A program made the translations under genes and the position numbers. The notes under the pieces are model-generated. The model was given only the letters and a program-made list of their open reading frames with translations. It was not told the DNA's origin and did no database searches. From Marsupella aquatica (taxonomy: Eukaryota; Plantae; Marchantiophyta), in assembly GCA_973895155.1 (NCBI GenBank), contig OZ316893.1, positions 15,964,645 to 16,028,644 on the forward strand: 64,000 bases of DNA, given 5' to 3'. Below are positions 37,496 through 50,212 of this stretch, one piece after another. Each line of letters opens with the position of its first letter. The stretch's first letter is position 1.

Positions 37496-40400
37496 GAGGG
37501 ATATGCTCAATAGACCCCCTCCAGGATAAACTTTACTTGATCAGCCCCCTCCAAATTTTTTTGCCCCAATCAGCCCCCTCATTATGGCCCGTACCCTTTT
37601 CCCCCGTGTAAGGCCCTATTCCCCCGTGTAAGGCCATACTGCACAGTTTTCAGCCATGCCACCATGCAGGGTTGCCTCCCATAGTCGACCATGCGACTCC
37701 GCTGCAGTAGGGCCGCAATTATGTGGTTTTGTGTTCTCGCACTATGGTCCCTTATGAGTGTGAATACATTGTGGTTTATGTATTCAACAAAATTTCTGTT
37801 TTAGGGCGCACATTGTCGGGGCGCGGTTTAGGGTCAAGCTCGAGAGTCATTTGTCGAGGGTGGGATCGACATTTTTCATTGTTTTACGGAGGGGACTGAG
37901 GCATCGTTTGCTGCTGGCGGCTGGCCATTTTGGGGAGGTTCATGCTTTGATCGTGTGCACATTTCATTGATCGATGCCAAAGGAGAGCTTGAGGTCTGAG
38001 TCGCAACCCACTGCTAGGATCGAGTAGTGTTCATTCACCCCATTCTCCAAGATTTCTTTCACATTGTAGCGCCTGCCAGATTGTTGGTGGGTTGTTTTGG
38101 TTTGGTGAGAGTGTCTCCCTTTGCTGTTCTTCAATTCCACAGGAGGATTGTCCGCCCACCAATGTAGCCCAAGAAACTGTTTAATCCTGCATACCATAAC
38201 ATGAATGACGTCTCCTGCATTATCTTATCCATCTGGTCGTAAGTTCTTCTGCATTGTTCAGATTTGCATTGTTCAGATTAGTTCAGATCATTTGCAGAGT
38301 CTCCTTGTTCTTGTGCATTTTTGTCACCATGAAATCCATGTCCTCCAGTTCTGCTGCATAGTTTGAATACATGGATAACAGTGTAGGGCTAGGTTGCATT
38401 TGGGAGTTCAATCCTGTTCTTTGAATTTGTGGCTTCAGTGGGGGCTTCAGTTTCCTCTCAGGATTTTGTGGTTGCTTGCGAGCTTTAGGCAAAGTGGACT
38501 TCATGACAGAGATTAATCTGCATCCCACTTGAACCCGTCTGTCTTTGTTTCTTGGTCGAAGCACTAGGTATGATTTTAGCTCTTTTTGCCTAAGTATAAA
38601 TCTTGTAGCACCATTATTTGCAAAGTGCTGAAGAAGTTATTAATTTCTGAATGCTTCATGACGTGCATTGCATCTTGAATTTTACAAACGTGGTCTACAT
38701 GTTGACAAGTTTGAATGTTGTGCGTTTGAATGCATTTGAATGTTGTGCATGTTTCGAATACCATGACATGAATGTCTTCAAGTTTTGCTGCCCTGTTTGA
38801 ATACCAAGACATCTGTGTATTCTAGTTTTGCTTATATCTGAACCTGTTCTCTTCTTGGTTTGGTCCAGCTATCATTAGAATCGCCTCTTGTTGTGCTCTT
38901 GTTGCAAACATTGATGGGCTGTTTTGTTTTGGTGAGAGTATCTCCCTCTCGGGCTCCCTCTGTTGGTCTTTCAGAGGAGGATTGTCCGTCAATGTAGCCC
39001 AAGATACTGTTTCCTGCATTTTTTGCATCGTGTTGATGCGCAGAATACCATTACCTGAATGTCTCTTGCATTCGGCAATTTTTGATCACCATCACATCCA
39101 TGTCTTCCGGTTCTGGCACTGCATAGTTTCAATATTACGTGGATAACAGTGCAAGGACTGATTCCATATATGGCAATTGAATACTATCCTTGAATTTGTG
39201 AATGAAGTTTCCTCTCATGATTTTGTGGTTGCCTGCAAGCTCTAGGCAAAGTGGACTTCACGACAAGGATATGTTGAAGTTGTGAGCATGAGTATAGGGA
39301 CCACTTTGCTTCCATTAAGGAGTGGAAAGCAGTACATGACGAAGGTCAAGGTCATAGGCTGGAGAGGTTGGGTTTGATTTTGAGCCCAACCAAGGTTCAA
39401 GCTCAGTTTCCATGGCGCCACAAATGAGAAAAATTCAGGTAGTAGAGGAAGAGAATCATTTTCGATATCGTGTTGATGCTGAAGGCAAGCATGTGTTTGT
39501 CTGCATAGCAAGTATGGTGTTGCTACCAAATGCTGGTCCCAAATGACTGCTTCACAAGATACATTCAGGGAGGCTATTGACCAACTCCCGCACACAGGTT
39601 CCCAGTATGCTGACTGAGCATGGACACCCTTCCCGTGTGGTACTAAGCCATTTTTGTGGTAGCTTCAGTGGTCTTCAGATGCAATGTAGCTTGAGGTAGC
39701 TTAAGATATAATGTAGCTTCATTGGAAGGCAAGGAGGCCCATGATACATCTAGACTGCAAGGTCACAACTTGACTTGCAGCTTGTACTTGAAACATTTAT
39801 GAATAAAAAGCAAGCTGCATTCACTATGTTCTGATGTATAAAAGTTATTCATTCTGCTGGAGACTACCTTCAGTTTGCACCTTCAGTTTTGGAAGACATC
39901 GTCCACATTGTCTTCGCACCACACTTAGCAATTTTTCCAACAACAGGATATTCTGCTTCAAGAAGCCATTTGAGCAGGGGTAAATGGCCGATGTTGTGGG
40001 TTTTGGAAGACATCGTCCACATTGTCTTCGCACCACACTTAACAATTTTTCCAACGACAAGATATTCTGCTTCAAGAAGCCATTTGAGCAGGGGTAAATG
40101 GCCGATGTTGTGGGTTTTGGAAGACATCGTCCACATTGTCTTCGCACCACACTTAGCAATTTTTCCAACGATTTTTCCACCCTCGACAAATGACTCTCGC
40201 GCTTGACCCTAAACCGCGCCCCGACAATGTGTGCCCTAAAACATAAATTTTGTTGAATACATAAACCACAATGTATTCACAATCATAAGGGACCATAGTG
40301 CAAGAACACAAAACCGCGTAATTGCGGCCCTACTGCAGCGGAGTCGCATGGTCGACTACGGGAGGCAACCCTACGTGGTGGCATGGCTGAAAATTGTGCA

Positions 40401-40524
40401 ATATGGCTTTACACGGGGGAAAAGGATACGGGCCATAATGAGGGGGCTGATTGGGGCAAAAAAGTTTGGAGGGGGCTGATCAAGTAAAGTTTCTCCTGGA
40501 GGGGGTCTATTGAGCATATCCCTC
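37496..40524. mobile_element. Non-autonomous Mutator-like element (about 3.0 kb, Pack-MULE-like)
   Basis: About 350-370-bp TIRs starting GAGGGATATGCTCAATAGACCCCCTCCAGGA (37496-37863 vs 40175-40524). 10-bp TSD ccgattccga / cggattccga. No transposase motif recognised inside. Confidence 0.92.
39886..40170. repeat. 114-bp tandem repeat (2.5 copies) next to the right MULE TIR
   Basis: gttttggaagacatcgtccacattgtcttcgcaccacac occurs at 39886, 40000 and 40114. Confidence 0.93.
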
Positions 40525-42099
40525 CGGATTCCGATGATTTTTGATTTAATGTAATAAAATAAGCTTGCAGACTGACAGTAAAAAGGCATCGAAGTAAAGT
40601 GTAGCCATCGCATCTTCTCATTAGTCAAGGGTTATTGACCGTGCTGAAGACCGGCCCCGTGATATTCCTGTCTCGTGAATTTGACTCCTACACGATAGGC
40701 TTCCATCTGCGGTTCGTAGTAGACGGGCAGAACAATGACACAGAGAACAATATTTGTGTTTGATGTGGGAACATGCTCACTACAGCGAAGTGCTGAGTAA
40801 AGCCGCAGGCCGTTACGATTAAGACTTAGAGGTGACGAAGTATATCGGCATCCAAGACACGTGACGGAACCCCATCAGAAATCCTCACTAGTCAAACCAT
40901 TCTATTGACCATTTGATAACGACTACAGTTGCCCCCCGTGATTTGCTCTAAAGCCCCGTGACTACTCAGTAGACATCATTGTATCGCAACAAGAGTGCAA
41001 CTCGTAAATCACAAATAACATATTGACGATCATTTCGACCATTCCGCACGTAGTCATGGTGGCCTTCTTCGTCTACGGCAAGCTTCCTTGTCAATTATTA
41101 CAGTAGACATGAAACGCCGGGGGAGTGTTCGAGTCGAGAATCATCTCCATTCAATGTCTTTGTCGTTAAATTAGTTTGTGACTGTTCAGTAAACAAACAT
41201 AGACACATGATGTAGGGTTCCAAATAGGGAGCCCTCACTCGCATTGCATTGACTATAATGACGACAAGCCCCTACTACAGTTGTCTCTTGCTAGGAGTCC
41301 ATAAGTGCAAACCCTGGCTAGTGGCAGGCCTCCCGTTCTCCCACGGAGTTTGCACTTTTTCTTGACTTTTCGGAAGTGCAAAAAGGCCAGCAACATTTGC
41401 TAAAAGATAACATTATAAGTGCAAAACCTTGATAAGTGTACTTATTGGTGAGCACACTTTTCTATCATTATACACTTACCCATAAATCCAGGGCATTTTC
41501 TATTGAGTGATCCATATAGCTCATCTCAAAGAGAAGCTAGAGTTGGAGTTAGGCTTCAAGAGTGAAGCCTGTAGACCTTGACTCTAGGGCCCCACCAAAA
41601 TTTATTTGGATGGAAAACATGATGGATGTCATGTATGTCAAAATATCATGCATGATAACTTTTGTCATCATTTCTATTAACAAAGAATGTGCATTCAGGC
41701 TTGTCATGTTAGGGTAGGGATTTTCAATTTGGGATGAGAATGTCCACTGAAAGAGGGACCAACTGGACATGGAGACATTGTAGCTCTTACAAAAAAAAAC
41801 ACAGTTTTATGACAAAGGGCTTTTTGCACATGGAGGCACTGTAGCTTGTATTAATATATGCACATTTTGCACTTATCACATTGTGCAACCCTCTGTTAAG
41901 TGCACCACCAAATGCTTCTTCCCGGGAGTGTGCACTTAAAGAGATTCCAGTACCTGTGATTTCTTAGCTTAAACGTGAATCACCAACTTATGAACCGGCT
42001 TTATAAACAGTTTGGGACCCTCCAGTTTGGGACCCTCCGATAATGGAATGTAGCCCTCAGTTGGCTGAACTCAGGGCTAACAGTTGTCACTATACCGTG

Positions 42100-44547
42100 T
42101 TTCCTTTCATCTACAGGTGTGGTCAGCCTCTTTATTCATTTGGAAGGAGGTGGAGTGCATCTCTCCAATCCCGGAGAGGTAGATTGTAGTGATAGATGTT
42201 TCTGAACCATATGATCTTCTGAGATTTACAGAGAACCTTTAGATCTGATGATTCATTAATTTTGGGAGGTGAGTGGCAATCTCTTTACTCCCTCAAGAAG
42301 TAGTTAATAGTGCAATTCTTGAAAGTATCCCCTGCCATGTTGTTTGAAACATCAACCTGTGATGACACACTGGAAACTCCTTCCAGATATATTTTTGACA
42401 AACTCAATCTTAACTCTTACTCTGGATTTTATTTTTTGTCTGAATGGATGCTTTCTAACCAGTGAAGGCAATAATGGACTGAGCCCCCTCACAATTGAGA
42501 AGAGGGATGGGACCAAGCTAAATACAACACATGTCCCTGTGATGGTCCAAAACCCCGTCCTAAACTAAGTAGTAAAGGATTCATACTAAACATGCCTAGA
42601 AGTCACACTAGCCTGAAAGTGTGTAGTAAAGCCCTGTCACGAGGGCAGTGTCCCTGATAAAGCCCAAGGGCAAGCTTGCCTGAGGTACTTTGAGAGGGAC
42701 AGAGAGGGCTTTAGGAGTGTGGAACTCTATTCCAATTCTTCTTATTTTTGCAAGCATTTTTGAAATATTGGGTAGCTGGAAATCTGCCCAGGGTACATGC
42801 ATGTTGACACCTCGTCTCCCAGTGGCATTGATTATGTCAGATACCATCATTTATTCTCGTGTTTATCTTCTACTTGTCTCCAAATCATTGTCTAATTATG
42901 AACCCAACCCAATATTCCAATACGGGCCCATTCAAGCGTCATCTGCAGGTTTCATTCCTCCGAGCAACATTTTACGGTGGGTCAATCGAAAGTTTGAGTC
43001 CAAATGGGTATCAACCCATTTATCAAGCTCATGAAAACCAAATGGGTTGAGGCCCATAATCTTGTTGGTAATAAGAAAATCTTTCAATGAGTCGTGGAAC
43101 TCGACTACCTTAACACTTAGCTCCGGCGTTGCTGACTTTGACGCTGAGCTCCCTTATGGTCCATTCCCGGATAGGCCATCCGGGGAGGACTTAGCATGGG
43201 GAGACTTGTGGGCAATGAGACGTGGCACTGGCGAAGGCAAGGTGCCAAGCTGGTGACACGCACTAAGGACTTAAATAGACTAGCTGAGAGCTGGTCGGGT
43301 CAAGGGGAAAAGGGCCAGACTCGAGATCGACCGTCCGGACCCCCGGACGGACTTTGAGTTCTGAGGGCTTGAGTGAGAGCTCCTCTTGGGCCAATGGAGT
43401 TGACGCCATGAGCAACGGACGCTTGGGGCGCGAGTTATGGCCCGATCCGGTTTGGCCAATCGAGGGCCACGAGCGGCGATGATATCTGAGGGCCTAGGCA
43501 TGAGCACTGGGTCGGCCCAATCACAACGGGCTAAGGCACTCCGCTTGCGGACGCCTAACTAGGAAATTATGGGCATTGCCAGTTGGTGGTGTGCCCAGAC
43601 ATGCGGGATGGGGTCCAAGTTGGGGGCCAAAAGTTTTGGGACCAAAGTTGGTCCGAGGGTTGCAGGTCTCCAGAAGTATATATGAAGGGAGTGGTGTCTC
43701 CCTTGGGGCTAAGGGTGAGCCGAAGTCATGAGCCGCGGCGGTCGCGACACTAAGGGAAAACGTCAAACGGAAATCTTCTCAATGAGAAGTCCGTTGGGGG
43801 ACTTCTTGGGTGCGTTGGAAAGCTCTCAAGGAGGGCTACATCCTTCTGAGATTATCTAGGTCTGGGGCGCCATAGATTCTTGAGGTTTGCGGGTGTTACC
43901 TCACCCGCTTGCCAAATCCTATCGAAACAACAGCCAAACCGTGTTCAGTCTCTCAAGGGAGCTTGCGTTGGGGAGGTAAGGCCAAGTAGGCATGGAGGTT
44001 GAGCACTTGGCCCCTAGACCATCAATGGGGTGAGAACTGGGAGTTGGTTGCTAAAGTCGGGGCCATTCTGGTCCCGGCGTGTAGGGGCAAGCTTTGGGAC
44101 AAGCTACGCTATTTGGGCCATGAGCATGGCCTAGGGGCAAGGGTGGTCAGTTGGTGATGGATAGGTACGAGGGGGAACCCGGGCCAAGGAGCTGTTATGG
44201 ACAAACAATGGGCGTCGGTTCTGGTTCCGGCTAATGGCATCAAGAGGACCTATCGCTGACCTACTTACCAATGTTTGTTGAGCTTGAAGTTATGATGCTA
44301 GACTTGGGTGATCTAGATCCTGAAAGGTTACTTACCGAGACGCTTGGTTGCTTGTGCATACAGTGAGGACCGCTGAGTAGCGGTTGTGTTGGAGAGCAAG
44401 TATGGCTTCGTATGGGAGGGGCCGCTGGGGGTGCAAGGGGCACTAGGTTGCTTGCTCGAGGTTTTCCGAGGAGGCGTTCAGGCACTAGGGGCACTTAGGC
44501 GTGGGTGTTGGGATTGGTGAGGGCGCTAGGTGGCAAGGTCCACCACT
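42100..44547 (-). mobile_element. Copy 2 of the 1.5-kb repeat (43090-44547) continuing into a degenerate LINE ORF1-like remnant
   Basis: Inverted homolog of 13089-14597. Downstream on the minus strand, fragments LGRGFWTI and IWFRNIYHYNLPLRDWRDALHLL recall DUF4283-type ORF1 motifs. The repeat is certain; the LINE call is tentative. Confidence 0.55.
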
Positions 44548-44689
44548 CATTCTCAATGATTGTTGTGATTTTCTAAAATGCTTGTAAGTGTTTAGCAGAA
44601 AAGGTGTCATTGCAAGATAAGTAGGAAAAGAGATCATGATTAACTGAATCCTTCTTGGTTTTCAATAAGCATTATTTACATTGGTAGCT

Positions 44690-45570
44690 TGAGTCAAGTA
44701 CCAAGTAGATCATGAGTTTATCAACTTTTCTAGGTTTCCACTAAGTTTTACATGAGAGATATGCTTAGTAGACCCCCTTCTGGAAAAGTTTGCTTAATCA
44801 ACCCGTCGATACTTTTCCCCAATCTGGACAATTGATGGACCTTTCAATCTCAGATCTAGACCGTACGTTGATAGACCTCAAGGGGTCGATCAAGTAACAA
44901 GTTTCATTTTGGGGGTCCATCAAGCAAATACCTTGTTTTACATTGGCAGACTTTGTCAAGTATCAAATGAGTTTCTGAAATTGTCTATCTTCCCCATGAG
45001 TGTGACCTATATATAGAGATTTTGTCAAGTTCTACAAAGATCACGAGTTCATGAATTCTTCTAGCTTTTCAACTTTGAGTCCAAGTGAGTCCAAGATTGA
45101 CAAATTTTATGTCAGATTTTGTCAAGTACGTACGAAGGATATATGTCATGAATCTCTCTAGTTTTCTAAAGAGTGGCATTGAGAGTTTTGTCAAGTACGT
45201 ACTAAAGATGTCATGAATCTCTCTAGTTTTCTAAAGTGTGACATTGAGAGTTGTTTTTGTCAAATACGTACTAAAGAGATCATGAGTACTGTTTCTAAAT
45301 TTCTATAGCTTTCCAATGAACCTAGTATTGATAGATTTAGTCAAGTATCACAAAGAATGATGAGTTTTTGAATTTTCTTGCTTTCCAACAAACTTAACAT
45401 TGACAGATTTTGTCGAGTACTAAGGAGAGAATAAGTTCCTAATTTCTCTAGCTTTTTAGTGAGTGTGACATTGCATTGGGAGATACTATCAAGTAGTGAT
45501 GAGGTTCTAAATTTCTCTTAGTAGCTTTCCAATCAATCTACCATTGACAAATTTCATCAAGTACTAAGTA
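44690..45570. repeat. Degenerate ~60-80-bp tandem repeat region
   Basis: Recurrent gattttgtcaagtac...gatcatgagtt...ctctagctttcc...tgacattga. Confidence 0.75.
44754..44934. mobile_element. 181-bp Mutator-type MITE
   Basis: Perfect 9-bp TSD gttttacat (44745-44753; 44935-44943). Imperfect TIRs (gagagatatgcttagtagacccc) are related to those of the 37496-40524 element. Confidence 0.85.
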
Positions 45571-47815
45571 GATTGACTATTTACTTTGCTTTACACTATG
45601 AAACCCAAGAGGTCCTAACTATTTATATCTTTTTTGGTTGGTTTTTTCAAAAAATTGCAAAACATTACAAATATAAGTATTTTGATGTGAAACACTGATA
45701 TATCATTGAAAAGACATAAATGGTAACTATGTTTTATCCAATTGTTTGTTGTTCTAAAACTTACTTTTCTAATTCTTGATATTTTTATTGTTACTGAGTA
45801 TAACTGTTTTTTTTTGAATTGCATCAAACATGAATAGTTCTGTTTGTATCTTGTATAGAGGCATCATTGTTCCTGTTTGTGACTGAACTTGATGATGTGG
45901 GACGTGGCGCTAGAGATTTTGGAAGGAGCTCCCCATGGGGATCCGTAACAAGTTGAAAACTACATAAAGACTGGCTAGTTGAATGTAATGACAAGATGAG
46001 AAAACAAGGTAGGGTTCTTGACTTCTCAAGGAAAAGCAACACGGGAAGGAAACCAATCTTCCTTGTGAGAAGAATGACAGACAACAGTGATGGACATGGA
46101 GGGGGCTGTCCATAGCTATTTCAAATTTGTATTTGAAACCAAGTGGGAGCTCCCTCCCAACCCCTGTACTTGTAGAACTTTGCAAGAAATGTCAATTTTT
46201 GTCTCAAATCAGCGGCAAGTTATGACAAAGAGTGAGCTCAAGACAGGTCAGGCAGAAGATTATCAGACCTCCACAGGTGCAATAGTCATCCACCAGGTTG
46301 AGAGTGTCGCATGAGCAGAAAACAGCCCAAACCAGGGCGCCATGTAGGCTTGGCTGCTCCTAGTACTAAACTTGTCGCGACACTATTTTAAACCGAATTG
46401 GAGCATGGGCAGGTTGAACGAAGGGTGGAGATTTATTTCATCAAGTTAAAAACTTGCATAAACTGCCGCAGCCTTCTAAGTCCTCCATGGTAACTTGCCA
46501 TAAAAACACGAAGGGAGCTCAAAAGCAGAGTTTATTAATACCAAACAGAACGCACTGACGGAGACAACCGCCGTCTAAAAGGTAACGGCCGCTCTCTGCC
46601 TCCGCGCCCCCGCGCTACTCACGACCATCAATAAAGTCCAGCACAGCAATTTGGACTGTCTCGTTCAAGTCCCTCGCAACCAGGTCCAAGCAGTTTCTGG
46701 AGCTCCGGCAAAGAAATGTTAGCTCGATACACTCACACTCTGTCTGTGCACTACACTACAGTAACTTAGCACAGAACTCTTAGATTTACAAACACTCTGT
46801 CTGTGCACGGGCTTTTCGAGCATTCAGTGATTTGAATTGACGCACTGTGAATCTTTGAATGAGCAGTCTGCAATGATGGCCCCTGCAGATCACGTAAATG
46901 TCTGTGCGGCAATCAGAACTCCCGCTTATCATTTTCTAGCAAGGAACTGACAAAAATTAGGAATCCCGCTCGGTTTCTTCCCCTGTCCCGTGCGATTTCT
47001 CAGCAGGGACGGACGGACAATACTTTTGCTAGGGATAGTCCTCACTTCACCAGCAGAACTGCAGCCAGGTGAGTCCTGATAACCGCCTCGCTATGAATCT
47101 ATCACATTTAGAGCTGAAGGTGCCAGCTACATCAGCGAAGGCAAATATGTGTGGCTGCAACGGGACTAAATGCAGTGAGGAGAGGCTCACGATCGTTTGA
47201 TCTTTTATCGATGATATAGGATTGCCGAGCAGAGGTTGCCACTTCGAAGGCTAAGGAAAACTAAGGGGCACCAATACTTTACGAGGGAAACCGACTCTTT
47301 AAAGATCGATCTCGTCTGTCAATTGCAAATTGGTGAGCAGTGATGTAAATGAGTTCTATCCTTTCAGCGGTACCATGTACTGAAAGATTGTCTGAAATCC
47401 GATGTATTTCATGTAGATACTCGTAGATTAAAAGTAGAGGGAGTTCTGTTATAAATCTAATCTGATGAATAGCGATTCCTCGATCTTCGTCAGGTTTCGA
47501 TTTGAATAAATCTTTCTTCAAGCTACTTTACCTTGCACGTTTTTATATTTGGTGCGTGCTAGCTAAAATTGTACATATATGTCAGTGAGAATATCTTGAT
47601 GTACATCGTGAATGATACTGCAGTGAGTTTACTGACCACGATAACGAAAAAGCACTCTAGAAGTGAACTCGATAGTGAACTTAATCTTTGAAGCCAAAGC
47701 ATCGTAGAGCTTTCAATTGGTTGTATCTAGGTCGACATCATTCTAAGGTCACCCTGACTTTGTCGACCATGTACCAGCACATCTCAATTTGGCAACAATT
47801 TAGCCAGAGTTCCAA

Positions 47816-50212
47816 ATGGCGAAGAACGACTGGTTCGGTTGGCGAGCAGCGTTCCGGTTACTTTTAGTGGGACTCGTGCTGATGCTGAGCCTCCTCTTCG
47901 CGCGGAATAAAGTCCACAGGTCGAGGGAGTCACCGCTTGAGGGAAACAGAAGGTCGACGTCAGTAACGGTAGTTTCCTTTGCCACAAACGAATCAAAGTC
48001 AAAGTCAGTAAGAATATCCGTCTGCTTCGATGACGTCCCGTCTCCGAAGCTGCAGAAATTTGTTGATCCTCTCCCGATACTTCATCATGTGAATGTCTCA
48101 GATGGCCAACAGCACGTAATGAAAGCTTACAAAACCACTCAGGTGAGCTAAATCGTACGCACGCTTGACTTATATTCTCCCTGCGATAATTTCGGGCTCT
48201 CCACTCAGGACTACTCTCTTGTTCTAATATACTCGTGGCTGCTCGTAGTCTGGCGATTCTTTAGAACTCCGCTCGCGTCTTCGTTGCGTTGCCTCGATTC
48301 ACTTCAATCGGTTCACTTGGTGAATTTTGTTCCAACATGCAAATCCTATTAAGCTATTTCAATTCCTTGCCTCTGTAGACGATGACTGCGTTTGAGTCAG
48401 CTTGTTGAGTAATGTATGATTAAAGATTACTAGTCTTCGGTGAGTTTGGAAGATGAGTGCAGCACAAGAACTTTATCAACATGAAGGACTATTTTTCGTG
48501 ATTTTTCAAATTGTGACTATCAGAATTCAAGTTTGTCATGATTAATATCGCAAAGCAATCAGTGATTAAGTTGATCGAAGCTTTTGATTATGCTTTCTTA
48601 CAGTCCTTTGATGCGTGAGCAGACCCTTCATCGAGATCTTCCGCCGACTACGGTGTACGCATTTGGAACAAGCAAGGGCAAGGCTCAAGTGCCGGGACCG
48701 GCTTTGATAGCGAAACGCAACGTCCCAACGTATATACGGTGGGAAAATCACATAGAAGGCGATGAGCACATTCTTCCTGTAGATGGCACTCTGACAAGAG
48801 CAAATCCACCAAAAGGAGGAGTTCCGATAGTGCCTCACCTTCATGGAATGGAGTCGGAAAGCCAATATGATGGCCATCCCGAGGCCTGGTTTACGATACT
48901 AGGAGACACAGGACCAGCATATAAAACGCAGGATTACATTTATCCCAACACTTTGCTCCCGGCAATGATATGGTATCACGATCACACAGTGGGCATGACC
49001 CGTCTAAATGTTGCTGCTGGACTGGCTGGCCCTTATATCATCCGCGGAAATGCCGATGACGAGGCAGTGGGGTTGCCACACGGGGATCGAGAAATAATTC
49101 TCTTTCTACAGGACAAAACGTTTTTCGACGATGGATCCATCAACTACCCGACCGTCGGCGACGACATCATGGTTCACCCCAGTTGGTGCCCGGGATACTT
49201 CGGCGACACCATTGTAGTGAACGGGAAAATATGGCCATATCTTGACGTACTTCCATTCAAATATCGGCTGAGAATTCTAAATGGCGCCAGTGACCGCTAC
49301 TTCCACCTCTCTCTTAACAATAAGAACATGTCATTCATAAAAATTGGGACAGATGGAGGTTATCTTGCAGCTCCGGTGATTCTTGATATGATTATTATGG
49401 CTCCGGGAGAACGGGTAGATTGCATTGTAGACTTTGGAGGGCTGCGGAATGGGACAAAAATCCTGCTTAAAAACGCTGCTCCTGCACCTTACCCCGGAGG
49501 ACCAGGATTACCTCCATTCGATCCTGAGTCAGGTGTGGGCTCTGTGTTGCAGTTCCGCGTGGGATCATCGTCATCGACTGATCAGAGCATAGTACCAAGC
49601 ACGTTAGGGAACGATGTATGGGGCAACCATACATTGTCTTCCTTAGCGGATCAAATACGTGTCCGCCGGTTCGCACTAACAGAACTAATTAACAACGTTG
49701 GAAACGGTACAGAGCTGGAGCTTGCAAATCGGACGTGGGACGATCCTGCCACGGAGCTTGTACCGCTAACAACTACGGAAATCTGGGAGTTCATCGGCCT
49801 TACCCCAGGTGTCGACCATCCCATACACATCCATCTTGTCAAATTCCAACTGCTATCAATTCAGCAGTTCAACGTCACTAGATATATTGACCAGACCTGC
49901 GATATTCAGAAGAGCTATGGTCATTCTGACAGCTGCTTTCTTAACGTCTCGAGAGGGCCGAATGCTCACGAGATCGGATGGAAGGATACTCTGTCCACAG
50001 CAACAGGAGCGGTTACTCGAGTAGTGATAAGGTTCGCCTCCCAGAATGGAGATTCTTTCCCATTTGATGCGACAACTGAACCTGGCTACCTTTGGCATTG
50101 TCATCTTCTGAGTCACGAGGACAATGCCATGATGAGGCCACTGCTCGTCAAAAGCTACGATTACCGACCTGATCCTGATATGTTCAATGATACAACCGGC
50201 TTTCGAAGATAG
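47816..50212 (+). CDS. Multicopper oxidase, LPR1/LPR2-like (CotA/bilirubin oxidase type), 2 exons
   Basis: Exon 1 47816-48142 (hydrophobic signal/anchor, LQKFVDPLPI). Exon 2 48623-50212 (HRDLPPTTVYAFG). All four copper motifs present: HLHG, WYHDH, HPIHIH, HCHLLSHEDNAMM. Confidence 0.93.

Noticed and set aside
48584-50212. Bacterial CotA contamination or recent horizontal transfer
   Set aside because: The gene has a GT-AG intron and a signal-peptide exon at the position typical of plant LPR genes.
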